From a virus (lineage: Duplodnaviria > Caudoviricetes): 56,102 bases of DNA. This document shows positions 40,801-47,583 of this stretch, one piece after another. Numbering within the stretch: the first letter of the stretch is position 1; every line of letters starts with the position of its first letter. The stretch lies in the IMG/VR virus record IMGVR_UViG_3300022198_005692, positions 1-56,102 of that record. The stretch is one strand, 5' to 3'. The position numbers and the translations under genes are program-made. The notes below the pieces were generated by a model. That model was not told the DNA's origin. It made no database searches and saw nothing but the letters and a program-made list of their open reading frames with translations.

Positions 40801-41793
40801 GTAGGTAATTCTAGATTACCAAATAGGATCCCGGTTATTAACTCAATAACCCCAGAACAGTACAGAATTCTCTTTACTCAAGGGGGAGGGGTTACATCTA
40901 TTGTTCAGTCCCTCCCCAAAGAAACTGCCTCAGGGCTCATCAATAACTTTATTAAGTTTGCCGAGGGTAATAAACTCATTAATCTAATCGACCAAACTGA
41001 CGAGCCGTTATCTCTATCCGAGACAACACGCAGAGATATATCTTGGCAACCAGCAACTCAATATGAAGCCCCACCTGCTGAAATTGTAATCCAACCTCTA
41101 GAGTACCAAGTACCTGGAATTTATTTAGATGAGGAGGGCGTAACTGGCCAATTAAAGTCTAATGTTCTTGGAGTTACATACAAAGAACAATCAGCTCTCA
41201 ATTTTCCTATCCCGTCTCAGTTATTAACTCAGTTTGATCCAGTGGCCTCTTGTCAGAGATTCGGTGGGGATAACTGCCAAGAACTTTATGCCGACGTGGC
41301 GGAGAGATGCGTTAATGAGTTAAATAAATCTATCTATCCAGAAGAGTATAAGACGATTCCTGGGGTACCCTCATCCGCAATCTCAATAGATAGACCACTT
41401 GGCTCATTTGCTGAGTTCAAACCTTCTAATGCTTTTGTTTCAACATCTCAGTACAATACCCCACCGGCTTACGTATCCCTTTTAGGTCAGAGTCTTAATG
41501 GATTTGGCAACAAAGGCGAGCCAATTACATCCCAAGTATACTCCAGTCCATTGGTATTCTCTTCAGGTGGTGGCGAGATCGCAGAATACAACAATACAGA
41601 ATTTGGAATTATTGAGGGTATAAAGGCTAAGTTAGAAAAAAATACAGAGTTCAACTGCGCAATGTTCGACTCTCCATTTGAATATCAAATCTGTATGAAT
41701 ATTATTAAATGTAAGAAATTTGCAGTACCATTTGAAGGAAAGTATTCTTTAGACTTCTGTCCTAAGACCCTCGCTGGAGGGAGATTAAAATGA
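37897..41793 (+). CDS. Large hypothetical (probably virion) protein
   Basis: 1298 aa, largely helical, one CBM5/12-like segment (YDDLIIYEGELYK...TQWTKY) and a Cys-rich C-terminus. Confidence 0.55.
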   Translation: MSSALIEILSPRISVIISQGFSAYERQFGSFNTDKQRKELENVVNKLFPIIIERIQNGDPVSIDPLKTIILEGLFAVGIGQPYPSELFDSIINVIESYANELPGGYTEFLRTIKEYGNLIKTGVADINFFSASSVFDILQTPEEYQYSEDQFHFSPLQIDENSRRLYTLLPKERYWETFRELSDDTSYSPLSYNRVAGQIGKPSYRLAINYDDLIIYEGELYKLNSNISSPSREFFEPTQWTKYTSKRLNSLARFKAVFDKNIEQYYVGFLENGFDINSISSDSKIEDYAPATVVNEGLLSTTFGGEGKALFSAIKRLKSLADYFGAYEGSIVGGVEYITKYSEYLFACAYGRNEGGAFEIINNQTSFGRFDILFVSKTTTNRIPGLNFLKGFIKLRSFAHRQQMTDAIDISKQTITYNPIYIQYKDGVADRYVPKVKKDTYTLAPQIDLLLSSLETLYNRCLYLGDLTKATLDSLDDRGRLAGYEGLGSLEPQLKELQRIFPPSSYINDLPAGVGPGLSGSIKFLLEAYSRLSRTFIFTQLPGKSLEFILEVSSAINEQIKNIIDTINKLSISSFSYLPNISTKSFQSQNTAIISFLRSLGFKDAEINNLLQASNFTELVASFAPISDSNDLKSFLKGFELSQLIYEIGGDEGINAYLSFLYSTSDLDGLLNILSIAQKDKSKATYIQISQYPKLVGLLIGLTYAIDPNQLVKFTKLLGQNNLTLLESITYLFQSGQENIIKSRDNVEILQPIIDQVIQGNYSDPFASPDLTYPQANKTVPIALKQWTELLGDNLGNIPSISFIRNLYDKSVGLTAKELIGILGTTSPITPLGQMLDGFNGGNFTRFIQYANITGLGIKLGYYKNSSQLNNFKLEQRASSLGILPLLEALENTVEAINIINIIFESNLDYTHTSENSERLQTLLNAQNKTYESLSETVSRLLSSTEEENTPSIRTFAGNAPILESPGVGNSRLPNRIPVINSITPEQYRILFTQGGGVTSIVQSLPKETASGLINNFIKFAEGNKLINLIDQTDEPLSLSETTRRDISWQPATQYEAPPAEIVIQPLEYQVPGIYLDEEGVTGQLKSNVLGVTYKEQSALNFPIPSQLLTQFDPVASCQRFGGDNCQELYADVAERCVNELNKSIYPEEYKTIPGVPSSAISIDRPLGSFAEFKPSNAFVSTSQYNTPPAYVSLLGQSLNGFGNKGEPITSQVYSSPLVFSSGGGEIAEYNNTEFGIIEGIKAKLEKNTEFNCAMFDSPFEYQICMNIIKCKKFAVPFEGKYSLDFCPKTLAGGRLK

Positions 41794-42605
41794 AAAAACT
41801 CCATTCGTTTTTTAAAGTAGCATCCAAGGATGTAAAAACATTATCCTTTGGGTTAAAACTTCCAGAAAATTTTAACTACTTAGACCTCCCAGGTTCATCC
41901 GGTACGTATGTAAATAACTCTGCCAAATTGTACAAACAAATGGTAGATTCATTCCTACTCGAGGTAAATATTGATGATAGGTACGTGGGTAATCCGGCAG
42001 AATTAAAACTTACCAACCAGGATCTTCTCACATGGGAAGATCACTGGATCGATGCCAATTCCGGCAGAATTATTGACCCTAAGATTGAGCGGATAAACCT
42101 ACAGAAGAATAAGTTAGTCCATGCAAATTTTAATCTTACTAGGAATGCATTGAAGTACATCAATCTTGAAGGTAATAAAAGCATGAGAGGAGTCTTCATC
42201 TGCGATGCTCCGCGACTAGAAGTTTTAAATATCTCCAACTGTCAAGCCCTTGATATAATCAATTTAGGAAACAATAGATCTATCAAAGCACTTATTGCAA
42301 AAAATTGCAATCTATCCTCCGCCTTGCAAGAAAGATTACTCCGTGACTTTAGGCCCACTTACGCCGCATCTTCCAATGCCTCGTTTTCGATGTTCAGAAA
42401 AACTTACGAAACAGTCTTAGACCTGAGAGGTAGTGAGATTGATTGGGGGAATAGAAGGGTGGCATCTAAGATTAGGATGTTACTCTGCAATAATTGGCTG
42501 GTGCTTTGGGACAATCCCCCACCCGTTTCGATTATCCCGCCACAAATGTATGCGTTTTTTACAACTAATCTTGAAGAATCTCTGATTAAAGAATACTATG
42601 GCTGA
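41790..42605 (+). CDS. Leucine-rich-repeat protein
   Basis: IERINLQKNKL, LKYINLEGNKSM, LEVLNISNCQAL and IKALIAKNCNL. Confidence 0.7.
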   Translation: MKKLHSFFKVASKDVKTLSFGLKLPENFNYLDLPGSSGTYVNNSAKLYKQMVDSFLLEVNIDDRYVGNPAELKLTNQDLLTWEDHWIDANSGRIIDPKIERINLQKNKLVHANFNLTRNALKYINLEGNKSMRGVFICDAPRLEVLNISNCQALDIINLGNNRSIKALIAKNCNLSSALQERLLRDFRPTYAASSNASFSMFRKTYETVLDLRGSEIDWGNRRVASKIRMLLCNNWLVLWDNPPPVSIIPPQMYAFFTTNLEESLIKEYYG

Positions 42606-42661
42606 GAGAAATATTTGGTTTAAATACTTATATAAAGATATAAACAGCGAGGGGTAGTAAA

Positions 42662-43576
42662 ATCGCGGACTTACGTTTTAGATTTATTGAAGATTATGCC
42701 GGGGGATTGCTTAATATCTCCAGACAAGAAATCTCAACAACCGGAGAGGTTCTCTCCCAAGACGGACTTACTACCGAAGGGACGATCTTTGTCGAGGATG
42801 GTAGTGGGGTTAAAAGCGGATTGAAGTTGGGCGTGAGTCTGGCAGAGGTGATGGACCCTACCACGGATATGGGGATTGTCAATGTCCGTTACGGAGATCG
42901 TACCTATGCAAAAGTACGTGATCTTAGAATTTTTACCACCGCCATCGCTTCAGCTCAATCCGCTCTTTCTGAGGCAACCTCAACATCCATCTCAAATCTT
43001 GAAACAGCATTCCAACTCCTTGAAGATGACATCAACTCTCTGGAGGAAAATCTTCAGAGTAATATCTCAAATGAAAGAGAAAAGATCCAAGAACTCACTA
43101 TAAACCAGAACGAGTTGACAGATACAATCAATTCATTGTCGACTTCCGTTAATACTCTAGTATCTAGAGTGGAATCTTTATCAAAACAGGGTGGTGACGA
43201 TTTATCTATATCAGGTAATCTAACAGTTGCCGGGGAAACTATACTCACAGAACTAACTGTAGATAATCAAATTATTTTAAAAGAAGTAAAGGAAAAAGTA
43301 TATACATTGTCTGGATCTGATATAAATCCCGCTAATGGCTCTATCCAGACTAAAACTCTAAGTTCTAGCCAAATTACATTCTCTGAGAGTTTAGAAGAAG
43401 GTCAAACAGTTGTCTTAATGCTGGAAGGAGGGGGTTCTGCGGCTGTTTCATGGCCGAGTATGACTTGGGTTAGCGCACAGGGTAATACTCCACCGACATT
43501 GACCGCAAAAGATACGTTGGTTTTTTGGAAAGTGGGAACTCAGGCATATGGAGCATATATTGGAAGTTACGCGTGA
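42662..43576 (+). CDS. Fibre protein with coiled coil; probable ATC start
   Basis: The ORF track starts at TTG 42707, but the frame is open from 42644 and ATC 42662 follows SD GAGGGG by 7 nt. Central heptad repeats; C-terminal DTLVFWKVGTQAYGAY domain. Confidence 0.65.
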   Translation: MADLRFRFIEDYAGGLLNISRQEISTTGEVLSQDGLTTEGTIFVEDGSGVKSGLKLGVSLAEVMDPTTDMGIVNVRYGDRTYAKVRDLRIFTTAIASAQSALSEATSTSISNLETAFQLLEDDINSLEENLQSNISNEREKIQELTINQNELTDTINSLSTSVNTLVSRVESLSKQGGDDLSISGNLTVAGETILTELTVDNQIILKEVKEKVYTLSGSDINPANGSIQTKTLSSSQITFSESLEEGQTVVLMLEGGGSAAVSWPSMTWVSAQGNTPPTLTAKDTLVFWKVGTQAYGAYIGSYA

Positions 43577-44919
43577 TGTTAGGTAAATTTTTAATCCAAG
43601 CGGCTATAAATAACATGGCGGGAGGAACACCAACCCCCACGCCAGCTCCTACGCCAACAATACTACCCTGGATATTACAGATCTCCGCTTCAGTAGGAAC
43701 GCTCTCTGTAAACGACGAGAACTTATATTTCTATGGTCAAGGCGGTGATTTGATGAGATTCACCACCAATGGTGGACTTTTGTGGCAGAGGAAGACATCA
43801 GCTGGGTCTAGGATATTAGATCAATTATCCGTTAAAGCCCTCTCTGATGGCGTTTACGTCCTCTCAATGGATCGCGAGTTGGACACATACATCTCCGCCA
43901 ATGTAAATCTTGTTAAATATAGTAATTCTGGGTCCCTTTTGTGGTCTAAGTCCTTAACAATACTTCCTGAAGATATAAATAGTGTACTTCCTCATTCTTT
44001 CAGTGTTAATAGTAGCGGAGATGTATATCTTATAGGTGATGGCCGCGGTGATCTTTTTGTTGCAAAATACTCAAGAACAGGAGATCTCGAATGGCAAAAA
44101 TCTTATGATTTTTCAAATCAAGTTATTTGCAATTCCACAGTGGGGGCAGATAATAATCTATATGTAATCGCCTATTGTTATGGAGCTGGCATATCCATAT
44201 TCCATACGATTTTTTATAAAATAAATCCTTCTGGCCAAATATTAGATTCTTTTAAGATAGATGGTTTCGAAGGGCAAGGGATTTTTGTTGATGATGAAAA
44301 TAAAGTGTATTTATCAGGACTTCTTTATTCTAATGTTGAAGAACTTATTTATGCACCCATATTTTTAAAGATAAATCCGACATCTCCAACGTCAATAGAA
44401 TGGCAAAAAGTAATAACCAGTGAAGATACATTAAGTCTAGACCGGATCACTAAATTATCTCATATCGGAATGTCAGATGATAGAATTCTGTTCTATGGTA
44501 CAAGAACTCATAATATTTATCAGGCAGTCGGTCTGCCTATTTTCGCATTTGACAAAGATGGTTCATATGTCAGAACCGGACAAATAGGTCATTCAGCCGG
44601 ATATGAACAATCTACTGGATTAGACACAAACTCCGAGGACTATGTCTATTTTGGAATGAAGTCTCAAGAGGACACGCCTGGGGTCGGACAAATCAACTCC
44701 TTTATTGTTAAACTTCCTAATGACGGAACGAAGACAGGAATCTATCCTGTTGAATACGGGAATATATTCTACGACTCCGAAAAATCTAGTACAACCGATG
44801 ATGGATCTCTATCTCTTGAGCAAGTAACACCGACTACGTCTGATGGAGCTCTAGTAGAAGTCACTTCTAATATTGTCGATACGACATCGACCTTGCAATA
44901 CACTAAAACAACTATCTAA
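43576..44919 (+). CDS. Beta-propeller protein (fibre tip / receptor-binding-like)
   Basis: Repeats such as KYSNSGSLLWSK and KYSRTGDLEWQK; PT linker; start probably ATG 43576 (TGATG overlap). Confidence 0.65.
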   Translation: MLGKFLIQAAINNMAGGTPTPTPAPTPTILPWILQISASVGTLSVNDENLYFYGQGGDLMRFTTNGGLLWQRKTSAGSRILDQLSVKALSDGVYVLSMDRELDTYISANVNLVKYSNSGSLLWSKSLTILPEDINSVLPHSFSVNSSGDVYLIGDGRGDLFVAKYSRTGDLEWQKSYDFSNQVICNSTVGADNNLYVIAYCYGAGISIFHTIFYKINPSGQILDSFKIDGFEGQGIFVDDENKVYLSGLLYSNVEELIYAPIFLKINPTSPTSIEWQKVITSEDTLSLDRITKLSHIGMSDDRILFYGTRTHNIYQAVGLPIFAFDKDGSYVRTGQIGHSAGYEQSTGLDTNSEDYVYFGMKSQEDTPGVGQINSFIVKLPNDGTKTGIYPVEYGNIFYDSEKSSTTDDGSLSLEQVTPTTSDGALVEVTSNIVDTTSTLQYTKTTI

Positions 44920-45282
44920 TCAGATATTCTCGTATAATTCTTCTATAACTTCTTCAATAACTTCAATACTAAGTCGGATCGAGTACAAAGGCCCGACTTT
45001 TTTTAATATAAAAAATATAACCCCAATAGATTTATCCTCCTCTGTAGGAAACATTTCTTCATAAATTTCCTTATATTTCTTTTCTCCGCCGACCATTTCA
45101 TATACAGTACCTGGGTCAAAGATCCACATACAATCGGTCCGGTCTGCAGTTGCTACATACAATGCAAAGGGAGTCCTATGAACCAATACATGCTCAAGGC
45201 ACTCCAAGGTCTCATTTAGATCCTCTGTGTTAAGAAGAGATTTTTTAAGCGCCTCTCTTTCTTCCTGTGTATTAAAATTCAT
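44920..45282 (-). CDS. Hypothetical protein
   Basis: 120 aa, ATGA-coupled to the dCMP deaminase gene. Confidence 0.55.
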   Translation of the reverse strand: MNFNTQEEREALKKSLLNTEDLNETLECLEHVLVHRTPFALYVATADRTDCMWIFDPGTVYEMVGGEKKYKEIYEEMFPTEEDKSIGVIFFILKKVGPLYSIRLSIEVIEEVIEELYENI

Positions 45283-45689
45283 GGGACCTCCTGAGTCTCT
45301 ACACCAAGGGCATTGAGGACATCAATACCATCAGTGATGCGATATTTATACTTATAATAGACTTTCTTAATCCCGCTCTGCGCGAGTAGTTTTGAACATT
45401 CAGAACAGGGAGAGTGAGTGCAGAATAACTCAGCACCCTCAATAGACTCTGTTGACTTAGCCATCTTAACAAGGACATTCTGCTCAGCATGAAGAACAAA
45501 TGGAGAAGTAACTCCATTCTCATCCTCGCAACAATTAGTCCTATACCCGCTGGGTGTACCATTCCACCCATGAGCTAAAATCGATCCATTTTTTACAATT
45601 ATAGCCCCAACTTTTAACCTTTCACATTTAGAAACCTTAGCGAATCTCTCCGCAATATCCATGTAGGCGTCGATAAGCTCAGGTTTCAT
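45279..45689 (-). CDS. dCMP deaminase
   Basis: VGAIIV, GWNG, HAEQN and SPCSEC zinc motifs. Confidence 0.93.
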   Translation of the reverse strand: MKPELIDAYMDIAERFAKVSKCERLKVGAIIVKNGSILAHGWNGTPSGYRTNCCEDENGVTSPFVLHAEQNVLVKMAKSTESIEGAELFCTHSPCSECSKLLAQSGIKKVYYKYKYRITDGIDVLNALGVETQEVP

Positions 45690-45710
45690 AAAACTGTTAC
45701 ATCTTATACA

Positions 45711-45719
45711 ATTATATCA
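45711..45719 (-). promoter_or_regulatory. Extended -10 (TGATATAAT) promoter for dCMP deaminase
   Basis: Perfect TGnTATAAT about 22 nt upstream of the ATG. Confidence 0.55.
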
Positions 45720-46025
45720 TATCTTAAAGGACCTGTTGCCAGAAATCCCGAGCTTCTTAATGATATGTTGATTAAACTTTTTAAAAAGGCGTTTATCCTC
45801 CTCGCCAATGAAGACTTTGCCGGTAGGTGTTGATGGCTTGGAAACTGATGGTAGAGCCTCTAACTTTTCTAGAGTCTCATCGAGCATCTTATCAATCTCG
45901 ATAACTTTTTTAATATTTTCCTCAACTTCTTCAATGGTCGGAAGTTTATTCTCTTCTGCTTGAGGATCTTGAAGTTGGTTTTGGTCTTCCATTTTTTGGT
46001 TACGTGGTTTGCGTCTATATGCCAT
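45717..46025 (-). CDS. Hypothetical protein
   Basis: 102-aa charged ORF coupled to the upstream gene. Confidence 0.5.
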   Translation of the reverse strand: MAYRRKPRNQKMEDQNQLQDPQAEENKLPTIEEVEENIKKVIEIDKMLDETLEKLEALPSVSKPSTPTGKVFIGEEDKRLFKKFNQHIIKKLGISGNRSFKI

Positions 46026-46420
46026 TAATATCTCCTTCGTCTACATGAGCTACAACCGCCTGTCATCCCACCAACATTATAACCTGGAGGATAGGATGCA
46101 CCTGGAATATCTGTTGAGGTGTTTTCTTCTCTAAGGCCCGTTGCCAAGTTTGATTCTTTTGAAGATGGAACATGAGCCCAATTTTGCCATCCCCACATGT
46201 CTTCTGGGGCTAGGACATGGGGAGATTGTGCTGAGTTCTTTGCCATGTTAGCCCTGGTTATTTGCTGAGGTCCCGAGTTCACTCTATTGGAAGATCGCAA
46301 GTAATCCGACTGGGATAATTGCTGACGAACCAAAGAATTTATCTGGGTGTCTGTAGATCTATAATCGGAATTTTGGCGGAGTTTCTGCCAAGCCTCATAT
46401 GGGTTGTTATTGACTGCCAC
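46025..46420 (-). CDS. Hypothetical protein with C-terminal CxxC-RRRR
   Basis: 131 aa, GTG start, ends GGCSSCRRRRY. Confidence 0.5.
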   Translation of the reverse strand: MAVNNNPYEAWQKLRQNSDYRSTDTQINSLVRQQLSQSDYLRSSNRVNSGPQQITRANMAKNSAQSPHVLAPEDMWGWQNWAHVPSSKESNLATGLREENTSTDIPGASYPPGYNVGGMTGGCSSCRRRRY

Positions 46421-46490
46421 GTAAATATCCTACCTATCTATATTAAATTTAAACAAAGAGGTTTAAAGAAAGGGACATTATATAAACACC

Positions 46491-46841
46491 ATGGCAGTAA
46501 ACAAAATGTCACGAGTTACTCAAGATGAGGTAACTGCCCTTGAAGATATTGGATTTGATTTTGGTGAGCCCGAAGTTATCCCCGTGGAGATCGCTCCTGG
46601 AAAGTTTCTTTGTCTTCAAGAACCTTCGGCTGATGATCTTATCCAGATCTCGAATATCTCAGAGGATAAAAAAATTTCTGAGGTAGAAGCAACTCTTCAA
46701 ACTATTTGTATCCTCCATTCCCCAGCGGCGGGGGAAAGAAAACTTTCCCTTAAGGATGCTAAAAGACTCCGTGCGAAACAGTTGAAGATGCTAGGTCAAG
46801 CAATCAATCAACTCCTAGGACTAAGTGGAGATGAAGAATGA
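46491..46841 (+). CDS. Tail assembly chaperone-like protein
   Basis: LQEPSADDL motif typical of myophage tail assembly chaperones; upstream of the sheath gene. Confidence 0.5.
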   Translation: MAVNKMSRVTQDEVTALEDIGFDFGEPEVIPVEIAPGKFLCLQEPSADDLIQISNISEDKKISEVEATLQTICILHSPAAGERKLSLKDAKRLRAKQLKMLGQAINQLLGLSGDEE

Positions 46842-47277
46842 TGATCTTGAGGTAATTCGTAATCACGACTATACAATCACTATAAAAGATAAAAAGGGAC
46901 GGGAAATAAGATTTAGAGACATAACCGGGGAAGATTTGGAATATCTGGATAGTGTCCTAGATGGAGAAGGAGAGGATTTACAAGAAGGGCAGAAAAGAAT
47001 CTCCTTTGAAGATATTCAGAAGATAATAGATTACTTGAATCTAGACGGAATTAAATCTGGATCTTTAACTCAAAGAATAATAGTAAAGGTATTTAATTGC
47101 GTTAAGGAGCATATTTTATGCAATTATCTTCCAAAATACTCTTGGTTAAAAACTTGCTACGGGATTCAAAATGGATCTTTTGTTAATGTTTTAGATATGG
47201 AAAAGGTTCCAATGACAAAATTTATTGCAATGGCTCAAATCCATAAAGAAGCAATCGACTCAATGAAGAATGAATGA
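46831..47277 (+). CDS. Tail/baseplate assembly chaperone-like protein
   Basis: IRFRDITGEDL motif paralleling the upstream gene; C-terminal LDMEKVPMTKF resembles chaperone-T/gp51-like segments. Start is ATG 46831 or GTG 46825. Confidence 0.45.
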   Translation: MKNDDLEVIRNHDYTITIKDKKGREIRFRDITGEDLEYLDSVLDGEGEDLQEGQKRISFEDIQKIIDYLNLDGIKSGSLTQRIIVKVFNCVKEHILCNYLPKYSWLKTCYGIQNGSFVNVLDMEKVPMTKFIAMAQIHKEAIDSMKNE

Positions 47278-47520
47278 ATGACAGACTCAGATAAGTTAAA
47301 ACTTATTCTCATTCTATGCTCCATATGCATTGAACAAGATCAAGTCGAGTTGAAATCGTTTGTAAAAGTTTGTGCTAGATACGTTGATACTAATGACTTC
47401 AATAAAATTTTACGCAAGTCAATGAAACTACTTGAGTATAAGAGATGTGGTGCTAGCTCTTGTCCAGATTGGCTGATGAACGAATTGTTCCTTCTCTACA
47501 AAAAAGATGTAGTCGTATAA
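47278..47520 (+). CDS. Hypothetical protein
   Basis: 80-aa Cys-containing ORF in the operon. Confidence 0.45.
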   Translation: MTDSDKLKLILILCSICIEQDQVELKSFVKVCARYVDTNDFNKILRKSMKLLEYKRCGASSCPDWLMNELFLLYKKDVVV

Positions 47521-47583
47521 ACAAAGTGGAATCCCTTATTTGTTTAAGGATAATAGTGAAAGATATAGTGTCTTCAAATCTCT

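Noticed and set aside
37897-41793. Tape measure protein
   Set aside because: Large and helical, but it lacks the Ala/Gly-rich repeats of tape measures and is not next to the tube or chaperone genes.
46728-46841. Programmed frameshift joining the two tail-chaperone-like ORFs (GGGGGAAAG at 46730)
   Set aside because: The lambda-type GGGAAAG is not in the required phase, and the second ORF's frame has stops between this site and 46825. No slippery sequence lies in the 17-nt overlap.
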